Shown piece after piece: positions 22,936 to 35,155 of a DNA stretch of 64,000 bases. The DNA lies in the NCBI RefSeq assembly GCF_009834535.1, contig NC_045704.1, positions 34,100,001 to 34,164,000 on the forward strand, written 5' to 3'. The notes under the pieces are model-generated. The model did not search any database. It was not told where the DNA came from and saw only the letters and a list, made by a program, of their open reading frames with translations. The DNA is from Camelus ferus (Eukaryota). Each line of letters begins with the position of its first letter. The stretch's first letter is position 1. The translations under genes were made by a program, and so were the position numbers.

Positions 22936-23919
22936 GTCTGAGCTTTTAATTGCTGCTGCTTTTAGTGAATCCTGGGTCCCTGTGGCTGCCCCGGGGCTCT
23001 GCTTCCTTCTCCTCCCAGCCTGATTTCTTCCATCCAAGGACCCTGTGGGACACTACCTGCCCTACAGAGGTGGGGAAAGGGACCCAGACCTCGTGGCTGA
23101 CTCCAGTGGGCGGGTCTGAGGGCTGAGGATGTACATCGATGGGGATTTCTTCCTCTTTCTGCAGAAATGGTTTATCAGCTGGTACTGAGGACTGTGGCCT
23201 GAGATGGAACCCCTCTGGCTGGTGGATAGTAACACCAAGGAGGGCTGGCTGTGTAATAGGATTGCTCGTTTGCGCGGCTCTGATGGACAATAAACTGATT
23301 GGTGGGCCAGGCATCTTCCCCCCTTTCCTGCCCCCTCCCAACCCCTTCTTCTTTCTCCCCTCCTGTGAGAGAGGTTTCTGCCACTCACCCTCTGCCCAGG
23401 ATGGCTAACTGGTCCTATTGACTTAAATCATCGTATCTTCATTAACCCCCAGAGTTTACTTACATCAGGCTGTATTTCCCATTAAATTGTGGTCCCGAGG
23501 TGAGAGCCAATTCTGCAACAAATATGTAGCCACAAGCTTCTTGCCGCTGGTTTATTAACTGTGCTGGAGTCCCTGGGGTCTGGGGTGGTAAGGCCTGGCT
23601 CGGTGCAGAGGCAAACAGGGTGAGTTCTCTATCTTCTGTCTCTCCCTCGCTTGCCTGCTCCCCTTTGCCTTGGGAGACTTGCCTGCTAATTTATCTTGGA
23701 ATGTTTGGGATTCGATGCTTGACGGGTCTGTTTTCTGACTTTCTTAACAGATGCGTGAGTGTGAAAAAGAAGCCAACACATAAACACAAGCCTTCACCAG
23801 AAGTTCTTGAAGCAAAGCAAAAAGCTGTGAGTCACTGAAGGGAGAGTGTCCCCAGCGTCATCCAGTGTGAGGCACATTCCACTCGCTGCCTCTGAGCTAG
23901 AAAACTCGGAACTGGGGTT

Positions 23920-24110
23920 TGTGTTGCACAGAAATGAGGTCAGGGCTCCTCCACTTAGTGGTTGTGCAACCTCAAGGAAGTGACTTTCTGTGCCATAATT
24001 TCTCCATCTGTAAAATGGGGATGAATAATGGTGCTTGTCCCATAGGACCTCGTTGCAGATAAGATAAGACATGGAAAGCATTGAGAAGAATGCCTCACAC
24101 AGAGTCAGCT
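23920..24110 (+). mobile_element. MIR
   Basis: tctccatctgtaaaatggggatgaataatggtgcttgtcccatagg. Confidence 0.8.
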
Positions 24111-24134
24111 GTTATTGTTTCAATTCAGATGGTT

Positions 24135-24470
24135 ATGAACTGAGCTGAAATGGCTCCATGACCTTGGACAGGTTACCTACATTTTTCATGCCTCAGTTTC
24201 CTCCTCTGTAAACAAAGGGGCAATCCTACCTGTATCATGGAGGTAGTTATAAAAACTACAATTAAAAATTATCGGGGGGAGGGTATAGCTCAGTGGTAGA
24301 GTATATGCTTAGCATGTATGAGGTCCTGGGTTCAATCCCTGGTACATCCATTAAAAAAATAAATAAATAAACCTAATTACCTCCCCCTAAAATAAAATTA
24401 AAAAAAAAAAGAATTAGAAAAATTATCAAGATGCTTAGTTTGCTGGTTAGCTCTTAGCAGGCTCTCAATA
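24135..24470 (+). mobile_element. MIR interrupted by a tRNA-derived SINE
   Basis: tgaccttggacaggttacct...tgcctcagtttcctcctctgtaaa, resuming as gatgcttagt...gcaggctctcaataaa. Confidence 0.75.
24274..24417 (+). mobile_element. tRNA-derived SINE (camelid vic-1-like)
   Basis: Pol III A box TAGCTCAGTGG (24286-24296), B box GGTTCAATCCC (24329-24339), A-rich tail, perfect TSD aaaaattatc (24264-24273 / 24418-24427). Confidence 0.9.
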
Positions 24471-24586
24471 AAATCAGTTTCCTTCCGTTCACTGAGGCAG
24501 AATCCAAACAAATGGTAAGTTAAAATAACAAGGTTGTTTCTTTAAGAAAAAAAAGCTATTATAGCATAGTAAATCTAAGGTATACA

Positions 24587-25032
24587 TTTCTTTTTTTGTT
24601 TTTAGCTGCAATGATATTTATTATAGTGTACTTTTAAATTAAATATTTTTATTGAGGTATAATTGATTTACAATATTAAGTTAGTCTCAGGTGTACAACA
24701 TAGTGATTCAGTATTTTTATAGATAATACTCCATTTAAAGTTATTACACAATAATGGCTGTATTTTCCTGTGCTGTACAATACTTCATTGTTGCTTAACT
24801 ATTTTATACGAAGTTTGTGTCTCTTAATCTCACACCTCTTTCTTGCCCCTCCCCTCTCCCCTCTCCCCTCTCCCTGCTGGTAACCACTAGTCTTTTCTCT
24901 ACATCTTTTCTCTGCTTCTGTTTTCTTATATACTTCCATTTGCTTTATTTTTTTAGATTCCACATAGATGTGAGAACAGAGTATTTGCCTTTCTCTGACA
25001 TTTCACTAAGCACAATACTCTTTAGGTCCATC
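24587..25032 (-). mobile_element. Truncated L1 (L1MA9/laurasiatherian-type 3' end) with extra 3' sequence and 12-bp TSD
   Basis: ttgaggtataattgatttacaatattaagttagtctcaggtgtacaacatagtgattc...ctggtaaccactag...tttaggtccatc; TSD ctaaggtataca (24575-24586) / ctaaagtataca (25033-25044). Confidence 0.85.
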
Positions 25033-25520
25033 CTAAAGTATACACCTCTAAAAGGTAAAACTCAACGAATTTTTACAGACACATGCATGACTCAGATCAA
25101 GACGGAGAACATTTCCAGAACTTCTGAGGGTGCCACTGTACCTCCTTCCCCTCGATACTCTCACCTCGAGAGGTAAGCATTACCCTGATTTCTAATATTA
25201 CACAATAGCTTTGCCTGTTCTTGAACTTCATATAAGTGAGATGGGAGAGTGTATATTTTGTGTGTCTGGCATCTTCAGTTCAGCATGACGTCTTCAGATC
25301 CGTCCATGTTATCGTACTTCTCCATTGGTACACGCTTGACTCATGACCAATTTTAAATTGCTTATGAATTAAGCTGCTGAGAGCCTTCTCATACATGTCT
25401 TTTCATGGATCTGTGAACTTATTTTTGCTGGGTGGATACTCAGGAATGGAATTGCTGAGTCATAAGTAGGTGCATGTTTACTTTAGCAGATTTTGCCAAA
25501 CATTTCCAAGTTGGTTGTTC
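25033..25520 (-). mobile_element. Old L1ME-like 3' end (target of the L1 insertion above)
   Basis: ctcagatcaagacggagaacatttccagaac...ttgcctgttcttgaacttcatataagtgag...ggaatggaattgctgagtcataagtagg. Confidence 0.75.
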
Positions 25521-25679
25521 ACAGGTTATTTTTTGAATTGTTAAACATTTTTTTTTAAAGGAGGAACTAAGTCTAGAAGAAATTTAATGCCGACTTTATT
25601 TCGTTGAATTTTTTATTGGATTCTAATGTCCTTTTGGTTATATATCACTACTTACAACTCACTGAGAATTGGCTGTCTT

Positions 25680-26880
25680 CTACAGGAACAGCTGTGTTTA
25701 TACCTAAATATATTGCTACAAAATATTCACTATTTATAATGGAAACAAATGAAAATAATCTAAGTGTCTGTCAATCAGAGAAATGGTTAATAAATCATAA
25801 TATACCTATATGATGTCATCGCAAAATAACATGAAAAATTGCTAGCCTGGTAAGATGTGTAAGTTGTAGTAAGAGTACAAAGGGTATGTTGCAGAATATT
25901 ATATAGACTATGGGTTATACAAGGTTCTTATATGTCAGGAAATGTTTTATGGTGTGCTATTTTGAAACCTGTTTTTAAAACTATATTATCTATCTATCTA
26001 TCCATTGAAATTGGGCAAAGAGTACGAACAGGCAATTCACAGAAGAGGAAACAGAAAAGGCAAGTAAACATATGAAAGATGCTCAATTTCACTGGTAATC
26101 ATGGAAATGCAATGAAAACAACCATGAAATATCAGTTCACATCCAGTAGATCAGCCAAAGTTTGAAAGTTGACAACACCGCGTTGGTGGTGGAGAATGTG
26201 GAACAACACATACTTTCATGTACCAATAAATATTACCAAATTGTTCTCTTTAGTGATTCTACTAAATAATATTCAGTGGCGGGAATACAAATTAGTACAG
26301 CCATTCTGATGAGCAATTTGTTAATGCTCACTAAAGAGGAAACAGTCATATACCGCGACAGACATCTGACCAGCTCTATGCTCTGGAGAAACTTATGCGC
26401 GTATACGCAAGGAGGTGGATACAAACGATTCGCTGCAGCATCGTTTGTAAAGTGAAAAATTAGAAACGACACCAGTATTTCTCAACAGGAGAATGGGTGA
26501 ATAAATTGTGGTACGATGACACAATAAAATACGATACTGGGTTAAAAAAGAATGAAACAGTGTCATAATGTAACTACATGCAGAATCTGCAGCAAACAAT
26601 GCAGAAGGGGAACAAGCAAGTTGCAGAAGGTTGCATATATGATGATTCTATTTCCGTAACAATGTGATACATTGTTTTATGACTATAAGCACAAGTAGTG
26701 ATGGTGTCACGGGGTGTAGAAATGATCATTTCTAGGCAAAGGTTACTCCTGCGGAGGGAGGGAGGGATGGAATGATACAAAGAAGAGACACAGGAGCTTT
26801 CAATTTTGTCTGTAATGTTCTATTTCTTAAGATGGATGGTGCCTTCTTGAACATTAGTTATGTTAATCTCTGAAATACTT
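25680..26880 (+). mobile_element. L1ME-like fragments (end of ORF2 and 3'UTR)
   Basis: aattgggcaaagagtacgaacaggcaattcacagaagaggaaac...aaacatatgaaagatgctcaatttcactggtaatcatggaaatgca...ggagaatgggtgaataaattgtggtac. Confidence 0.8.
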
Positions 26881-27857
26881 AATATCAAAAGTAAGATTTA
26901 TCCATTCATCCATCTGGAAGGCTCTATATCCAAATGTTAATGGTGGTTATTTCTGAAAAGTAACATTATGTGGAAGAGTGTTTCATTTTCTGTATATATT
27001 TCTGCTGAATTTTTAATTTGTATAGATTGTGCTAAGAACCATAAATGAAGAAAAAGGAAGAAAAAAAGAAAATTGGCAATCCATGCATGCTAGATGTGAT
27101 AATTCTCAGTTAAAGAGAACATTCTATTCTCTGACCATTCAGGATAAGGCCCCAGGTAGAAAGGAGGGTGGATTCTCTGTTAGAGTGGGGGCAGCTCCTC
27201 CTGGAAGGGTCAGTGAGGTGGGCAAGAGATGCTATGGGCCGGCAGGGTGGACTTAGGTCTTGGAAGACCCCCGCGCACAGCAGGAAGACAGGAAGATGGG
27301 CGGGGTGGTCTGCAGGTGCCTGAGTCCCATGATCCTCAGATATTTCCCCCATTATCACACAGCCTCAGTCACAATGGACCATTTTAGGACCAAGCCATTC
27401 TTGAAATGAAAACTCTTAAAAAGCAGAGACAGACCAATAAAATCCTTCTGGGTTATGGTCCGTTCACTTGGAGCCAAATGGATTGCTCGTTAATACCTTC
27501 CCCTATTTGCCTTATGACCAATTAGCAGCTATTAAGACCCAACTCATCCTGGCATGAAGCTTTCTCCTAACAGGGGCTGCCTCTGCAAAGAGCTGGGGGA
27601 CTCAGGGTGGATTTCCCCTGCCCGGCCCCCCAGGGGCCCCAAAGCTCAAGCCCCAGATTAAGCCTGGAGGGGGAGTGCTGTGTTCTGGGCACCAGCACTG
27701 CTTGAGCCTATCAGGGAACTCACTGGAAAGGCTCTGGTAAGGGTCTACCCCTCCTGCTTTCTCCTTCCCCAGGGCCCATCTTGAGATGCCACTCCAAGTG
27801 CCCCAGGGGCAGACAGGCTCCTGTCACAGAACCTACAGCTGAGATTCCAGCGCAGCT

Positions 27858-27935
27858 TTTCCTTCCTTCCTTCCTTTCCTGCTTCCCCCATCCATCCCTT
27901 CCTCCATCCCTCCCTCCCTTCCTTCCTCTTTTTAG
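27858..27935. repeat. Polypyrimidine (CCTT/CCAT/CCCT)n low-complexity tract
   Basis: ccttccttccttcctttcct...ccatccctccctcccttccttcc. Confidence 0.85.
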
Positions 27936-28019
27936 TTTCTGACAAAACAAAGTCAGTGCCTTCACATCGAGCACTCTGCATACCTGACACTCTGCCCAAA
28001 GCCAGTGTGTTTTCTCACC

Positions 28020-28160
28020 CATTCCTCACAATAACACCATGAGAGTAATCATCCTTTTTCACAGTCAGGGCAACTGAGGCACACAGAGAGAGGTGGAGTG
28101 ACTTACTCAAGGTCACATCATGAGAAACCAGCAGAGCTGAGGTGAGAACTCAACATCTGT
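28020..28160 (-). mobile_element. MIR
   Basis: cctcacaataacaccatgag...caactgaggcacacagagagaggtggagtgacttactcaaggtcaca. Confidence 0.8.
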
Positions 28161-28289
28161 GCTTTTTCACCGAGAAAAGTGTATGCTGATGACTACAAGG
28201 TTCTTAAAATGTCAGGATGAGAGTGAGTGCACTAACCACTCCTGTCAAGGAGTGTTGCATCTCTTACTAAGACAGCCACATTTCATGCA

Positions 28290-28900
28290 GAGATGGAGTT
28301 TTATTCCTTTTGTGTTTACTGAGCACCTACTCTGTGCTAGGCATCTTTCTGGGTGCTAAGACTTTGACAGTGAATCTAAACTGACACGCCTCCATTTCTG
28401 GCAGAGTTCACGCTAGGGGGTGATGGAGCATAATGAAATAAAATTATACAAACAGGAAACTGTATCAGAGCAGCCTAGGAGATACGTAGAGAAGTAAATG
28501 TGGGTGGCATGGGAGAGACTGAGACAGGGTGAGCCCGGGAAGGTCTCTCCAGAGTCCTGAGTATTGAGATGAGGTGAGACCTTGGATGACCAGCGTCAGT
28601 CCCGCTAAGGGACCAGTAAGGACAAAGGCCTTTGGCTAGGAGCGACTTTCCCAGGTTTGAGGGACTAAAAGGCCAGTGAAGCTGCAGTGGAGTGGCATGG
28701 GGGGCTTGATACCAGGTGAAGTTGGAAGCAAGGCAGGGCTGGACATACGTGGCCTGGTGGGTCATACTTGTGAGTATGGGTTTTATCCCATCTGCAGTGG
28801 GAAGAAGTGAAAGGGTTTTAGGCAGGTGATTGATGAGATTTTGATCTGAGTTTTTGCAAGATCCCTCTGGCTGCTGCGTGGATCACAGCAATAGATGATT
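28290..28900 (-). mobile_element. L2 LINE
   Basis: tttactgagcacctactctgtgctaggc...tgggaagaagtgaaagggttttaggcagg...gcaagatccctctggctgctg. Confidence 0.8.
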
Positions 28901-29299
28901 TCAAAATTGCTGAAGGATGTGTGGGAAGGTCACAGGCTCCTGCGGGTGGGGGTTGGGGATGCATGGGGTACATCTTGGAAGGCTGCCTGGAATAGGAGGA
29001 CTGGGGCCAGAATTTAGAAACCTGTGTTCTTCTTGGAGGGACAGAAGTTGGCAGGAGTGTGGAGGCAGTCTAGCCTCTGAGCCTTTGGGAATACATGGAC
29101 ACCAAGTCAGGGCTGAAAACCAGGGTGTGCATTTCATGTTCCCTGAGCATCCCTCTGCACTAGCCTCTGTACCAGACCCTCTGTGTCTCTTGTGGGGGAG
29201 ATATTTTTATCCCTTCCTGTGCAGTAGATATCTTTATCCTCACTCGTGCCAGACACTTTATTTGCGGCGACAACAATCCGAAGAGGCAGGCATCATCTC

Positions 29300-29415
29300 A
29301 CAATGGTGAAGGGTGGAGCTCTGGGGCCAAACGGTCTGGGCTCAGATCCCAGTCCACCACCTGCGGGATCTTAGACCAGTTACTTAACCTCTATAAGCCT
29401 CAGAGCTCTCATTTG
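29300..29415 (+). mobile_element. MIR fragment
   Basis: gagctctggggccaaacggtctgggctcagatccc...ccagttacttaacctctataagcctcag. Confidence 0.8.
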
Positions 29416-29426
29416 AATTAAATATC

Positions 29427-29815
29427 TGTCAGTTAGGATCCTTTTGGCTGCAAGTAAGAGCAAATACAGGCTTAAATAATCAGTAAGTTTATTCTCTCAT
29501 GTAACCAGAAGGTGCCAGCCCAGTGTCATCCATGTCTCTGTGATGTCCTTTCATGTCTCTGCTCTGTCATCTCCATATTAACTTCATCCTCAGTCTGGAG
29601 GTAGGATGGTGGCAGCAGCTTCTGGCGCTACATCCAGATATGGCAAAATCCAGGGGAGGAGGAGGGACCACCTTTTCCTAGAGCAAGGGAACCGTTGTCA
29701 GAAGACCCAACAGTCTTCCCTCCGTGCCTCACTGGCTGAAATCAGGCCCCACGCTGATTCACAATCCTATAGATAGCAAGGGGGATGGGACTGCCGGATC
29801 AGGTTTAGATTAAAC
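29427..29815 (-). mobile_element. MLT1K/L-like LTR
   Basis: tgtcagttaggatccttttggctgcaagtaagag...tcactggctgaaatcaggc. Confidence 0.75.
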
Positions 29816-30489
29816 ACAGCAAGGGTCGGGTGGGGTGAGCTGGGGGTTGGAGGGCGGCAGGAGGGGGTGGGTTTGGATGATGTCAGGTTAACCACTGTAA
29901 CCACCATCCTGCATCAAATGGTTGTTGTAGAGATCTAGGCTCCAGTGTCTGGGACAGTGCGCGATGCATAGCATGTGCTCAGTACATCTTAACCATGGTA
30001 GTGAAGGAGGAGGAGGGAAAGGAGAAGACCCGCCAAGACCCAGGGCACGCGATGGCTCTGACATCAAAGCCACGGCTCTTTCTACTCCCTTATGTGGCCT
30101 CTGTTCTGAGTTAGGTTTCCATGACAAGGACTGGCAGAGTTGGTCTGAAGGATCAAGGACAGTTTGCCACCCAAGATGTTTGGTTCCCTCAGAGCAGGGT
30201 CTTGATCTCCCTAGCCTGTTCTCCAGCCCCAGCCCCCACAATTCTCATACGGACCGTGCTCTACCTTAGGGCCCCCTCTCCCCGAACAGTTCCCTGCCAC
30301 CATTCTCAGAATCCCAGCACCCAACGCTGCATGGAATCACTGAGACGCCGTGATCCCGCAGCACCCGGGGCCGGATGCGTCTCCAGCTCCCTATGAGCCA
30401 TCTTACTCAGCTTGGAAGAATTTCTAGGCAATTCTAAGATAGCCTCAATGCAGTGAATAAATTCTCTGCTGTGCCGCGGGCAGAGCACG

Positions 30490-30650
30490 AGCTATGAGGC
30501 CTTGGGCAAATGACATGACCTCTCTGAGCCTCAGTTTTCTTATCAGTAAAATAGGATAATAAATCTCTGTTTCATGAGCCTGTTCTGAGGATGCAATGAG
30601 GTCATGTGGGTGAAACACATGGTCCTGCATGAAGAAGTTTCTGGCTATGA
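30490..30650 (+). mobile_element. MIR
   Basis: ccttgggcaaatgacatgacctctctgagcctcagttttcttatcagtaaaataggataat. Confidence 0.85.
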
Positions 30651-30669
30651 TTCATTATATGAGAAAATT

Positions 30670-31280
30670 ATGTAAATTGTATACTTAAAACTCAGCATCA
30701 TTTAGTACATTCAAATGTTGCAGAACCATCACTTCTATCTAGTTCCAAAACATTTTTTTTTAATCACCCCTTATCCATTAAGCTGTCACTCTTAGCTGCT
30801 ACCCGACCCTACCCCATTCCCTGGCNNNNNNNNNNNNNNNNNNNNNNNNNNNNNNNNNNNNNNNNNNNNNNNNNNNNNNNNNNNNNNNNNNNNNNNNNNN
30901 NNNNNNNNNNNNNNNNNNNNNNNNNNNNNNNNNNNNNNNNNNNNNNNNNNNNNNNNNNNNNNNNNNNNNNNNNNNNNNNNNNNNNNNNNNNNNTTAAAAA
31001 ACATCTGTTCATCCACTGATGGACATTTGGGTTGTCTTTACCATTTGGCTATTGAATGTTGCTGCCATGATCATGTATGTACTTGTGCTTGTTTGAGTCT
31101 CTGCTTTCAATTCTTTTATGTCTTTACGTAGGAGTGGAATTTCTGGGTCATACGGTAATTCCGTGTTTCATTTTATGTTCTTACCAACCCTGTAGGAAGG
31201 TTCCAATTTCTCACCAACACATGTTAGTTTCCATTTTTTGGATTAGAGCCATGCTGGTGGGTGTGAGGTGATATCGTATG
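30670..31280 (-). mobile_element. L1MB/MC-like 3' end containing an N-block
   Basis: catcatttagtacattcaaatgttgcagaaccatcac...catccactgatggacatttgggttgtc...gtaggagtggaatttctgggtcatacggtaattc. Confidence 0.85.
30826..30993. other. N-block (168 nt) inside L1
   Basis: Run of N. Confidence 0.99.
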
Positions 31281-32849
31281 ATTCATTTTGAAGCAGTGGC
31301 ATAGAGGGAGATGGTTTGGGGAGCCGGAGTGGTCCACATTCCTGAGAAATGGCTTTGTAATGCTGATCAGTCATAACCAGTGCTGCCTGTTCTTGAGGGT
31401 GGCTGACGTGTGCTCCCGGCAGAGATTCTAGAAGGCAGGTGCGCCTCCCCCGACCTCCACTCCTCCCTCCCACCCCCCCCCCCCAGAGCTGGGGACTCTG
31501 AGGCCAGGGGGCACTCCCACCTGAGCCTGCCTCCCCCTCCTCCTCAGTAGGGGGAAGAGCAGACTCTGCAGGCATCTCCATGAGGGAAGTGGAATCGTCT
31601 CCTTCAGGTCCTGCATTACGTTGCGGTCCCTAAGATGGCAGGTGGGGTGGAGGGCCAGGCGGAGCTGCCAGGGTTTAGGATGGGACGCTCCTGGGTCTCC
31701 TGTCAGGCGGTCTTGAGTTCCCACCTCGGGGACTGAAGGGCCAGGCTGGGGTCGTTGGGAACGGGGCCTGCCTCCTCTCAGCGTCCTCTCTGGCCTCAGC
31801 CGTCATCCACAGCCCCAGGCAGGCAGCTCCACCCTCCTCAGGGCTTTCCCTGTGCTCTGGGTTTCTCCGCCCGAGAACCAAGCCGAGCCCCCACCTCCAG
31901 CACAGGACTGGGTCTGACCCCAGCTTTTTGTCCCTGGGCTGCTAACCGTCTGTGAGAAGGAGCAACTTCGGGCCCTGTCACTGGACACCACCCTGCTCTG
32001 GGTGGAGACTGGCTTTGGATTTAATGGTCCCCAGCCCTTCCCCTGCCCCCAGCCACTGCTGCCACACCCTTCATGACCTGGAAGACCAAGTCTAATTAAA
32101 GAGGCTCCAAAGTGCCCGGGATACTTGCCTGGACTCTGAGCGAAGTGGCTCGGGAAAGGGTGGCCCAGACGAGGACCATTTGGGCCCTATAGCAAGTGGC
32201 CCAGGCCTGCAGAGCCTTGAGACTGTGCCTCTGACCTTCTGGGCTCCTTGGACAAGGCAAAGGCCATCAAATCTGGGTTTTTGGAAACATGCTGACCTCT
32301 AGTAGCTCTGAGCCACCCATGGTCCCCTTTCACTGGGACTGACCCCAGTCCCCCACCCCAATTCAACTCCTCCTTCCTCTGCTTTATTAATAACCTGCTC
32401 CATCCCTCTTCTCACTCCACGAAGGGCGCAAGCTCTTCTGCCCCCTAAACTACCGGAGGAGGTGAGATGAGTGAGGAGACAGGGAGGGGGTGGCACCAGG
32501 CACGTACACCTTGTTTCCAAACCTCTGGGGCCATCCCTCCCCAGCGTCCTCCCCACCCCTGATTTGGATGTGCATCCACGCGAGCCCCAGCTGCTTTTTG
32601 CTTTCCTCTCCTGGGCGGAGGGAGCTATCGGATGAGGTTCTCAGCCCCACCTGCTGAGGTCACAAACATACCTCGCCTTTCATTAGTTCCAGTTTCCCTC
32701 TTGAAAAGCAACAACTTTATCAATTTTGAAATATTCTTTGGTCATTACAAGAGCCATAACTTTTGGGAGGTGGACGAGCAAAAACAACCACACATTTTTA
32801 AAAAGTGCCTATACTTCTACCACCCAGAGTTAACCATTTTTACGTAAAA

Positions 32850-33050
32850 AATGATAGCAAGAATCACCACTTACTGGACATTTACTTTGTATCAGATATG
32901 GAGCCGAACACTTTACATAGATAATTTTATCTGATCGTCACAACAGCTGTATGAAGGAGGCATTTTCTGCATTTTACAGTCAAAGAAGCTGAGGCATCGA
33001 GAGTTTATAGAACTTGCCCCAGGTCACAGCGCTTGTAAGATACAAACCTC
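32850..33050 (-). mobile_element. MIR
   Basis: cacttactggacatttactttgtatcag...cattttacagtcaaagaagctgaggc...aacttgccccaggtcacagc. Confidence 0.8.
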
Positions 33051-33099
33051 AAACCTGTCTGTCTGCCTGCTGAGCACACCCATCTGAGAGTAAATATAT

Positions 33100-33520
33100 T
33101 TCTATAAAATATTTTAATGGAATTAACTGTAGCTATTGCTCTGTAACCTACTTTTGCTTCCTCATTTAACAATAGATAATTAGTATCTTCCCCAGGTCAC
33201 CGTGCTGTCTTCTGCATCCGTGTTTTAAGCGGCTGCTTAGCATCTCATGGTATGCACGTTCCAAGGTTTGTTTAGCTAATCCCCTACTGCCGTGCATGTA
33301 GGTTATTTCTAAAGGTTTGTTTTCATAAACAACACTGCAAAGAACAGACCTGGACTAATTTTTTATCCCCCCTGCATGGTTCACTATAGTTTTCTTACGG
33401 ATAAATTCCCAGAGGGAGAGGCTGGGAGGGAGGAGGCACGGCTTTTGTTTTTTTAAATGTCTGTAACATCTTTGGATCAATGACATATAATTTGTGAATA
33501 CAAGTTGTACCATTAACCGA
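33100..33520 (-). mobile_element. L1ME-like fragment
   Basis: tgttccaagg-like...ctaatcccctactgccgtgcatgtaggttatttctaaagg...acggataaattcccag. Confidence 0.55.
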
Positions 33521-34699
33521 AGGAAGGCTGACACCTTTCCTAACTTGCTGGGATTTGCACAACCTGGAATTAGATGAGTTGTAAACAAGCCTTCTAATAG
33601 CCCTGGATTATCTGTGGCGATTGTCAGGTCATGTAGGGGTGGTAATTTATTAAGCAGATTTTTTTTTCAAATGTGTCCAAGTACATCGGGGTAAAATTGA
33701 GCATGGGAGGGGTTCCTGGAAGAGGAGATGGGGTGTGGTGTTTGGGAGAGCTGGTAGGCAGCTGGTGGCCATCTACCTTGGGGCTGGCTCATGCCACCGG
33801 CTTTCTGTCTGATGTAAAGCTAAAGAAATTGCCCTGGAAGTGAGCTGCCCCACCCCTCACCCCCCACCCCCCAGCTGCCTGGGGAAGAGATAGGGCAGCG
33901 GAGGCAGAGGCTGCGTGGGCATGCGCAGGTAACAAGTCGTGCCCTGTTCCTGCAAGGTGGTGGGTGCCATTTTGACACGGTTATTATCTTGCTTCAGCTG
34001 CCAAGAAACACCAGCTGGGGATGTTGAAATACCACAGAAGAATTTCCTTAGGGAAGTTATTCACCGGCTAAACAGTCTCTCATTCCATGAAGAATTGTGA
34101 GGAAGGGGGATATTCTCAGTGCGCGAGGGACGCCCTGCCTCCTGCTGTCCGCCCAGGCTCCCCTTACCGATCTGGTCACATTCTTTGGACATCGCTTGCT
34201 CAACCACATGACGTGGCTTCCAAGCCACCTGCTCTCTGAGCAGCCTGGAGAGGCTGTGGGGTGGGGACTTAAGGGTTACATGCACCAACTGAGCTGGGAC
34301 GGAACCAGCCTGGACTTAAATCCGGTGGTTGGATGAGATGTATGGCCCAGTTTTCTGGGTGGGCAGGGCAAATGGGGTCAAAGAGACAGACCCTGCCCAC
34401 AAGGGGCTTCCATTCAAGTGGGGCAACAAACTTGAGGGCCTGGAGGGGGCTTTCTTAGGCGGAAGTCATTATGGTGGGCTTCGGTGGGTGAGGACTGAAC
34501 ACACAGAAGTTTGGTGGGGGGGTGGTAAGGTGGGGTCCAGGAGGGAGGGCCCCATCACCAATTCACAATTCTCCAAGGGCACTAGGCTTCTGGGTCTTTC
34601 TTGAACATACACATTTCCCCTACCCATCCATCCTTCCACTTCTCCAACCCCCTGGGGAACATTTGGTCATTTTTCAAAAGTCAGCTTAGCATCATTCCA

Positions 34700-34880
34700 T
34701 TTCTTGAGCACTGACTAGGAGCCATCTTAATCACTCTGCACACATCGCTTATTTAATTCTTCCAAGAGCCTTGTGAGGTAGGTACTGTTCTCTTCTATGG
34801 CAGGTGGGTGGGTAAGCCCAGGCTAGGAGAGGTGAAGTCGTTTGCCCCAGGTCACCCTATCATAGAAGTTGCTATAGAAA
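34700..34880 (-). mobile_element. MIR
   Basis: ttatttaattcttccaagagccttgtgaggtaggtactg...gaggtgaagtcgtttgccccaggtcacc. Confidence 0.75.
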
Positions 34881-34999
34881 CCTGGGCTTGTACGACCCTA
34901 ACATTTAGTCTTTTGACAGCAACAGGTTCATGCTTCTCTGAAGCTTCTCCTCACTCATGTCACCCTGCACACAGTTGCATCCTCAGTGAACCCTGAACA

Positions 35000-35155
35000 T
35001 CACTCCAGAGCCTCCACGGCTGTCATGTTCCTTTTTTATGTCTATTTGTCCTACTGGAAGGGGTCAGGGATTGTGTGTGCTGTGCCGTAGCCCAGAGTCT
35101 GGCCGAGGGCCTGGAGTTGGGTAGATGTTTAATAAATGTTTGAAGGAAGAATGAG
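35000..35155 (+). mobile_element. L2 3' terminus
   Basis: gggcctggagttgggtagatgtttaataaatgtttgaaggaagaatga. Confidence 0.65.

Noticed and set aside
24274-24350. Functional tRNA gene
   Set aside because: It has A and B boxes but no convincing cloverleaf or acceptor stem, and it is followed by an A-rich tail and flanked by a TSD, so it is a SINE. The same applies to the copies at 52642 and 60971.
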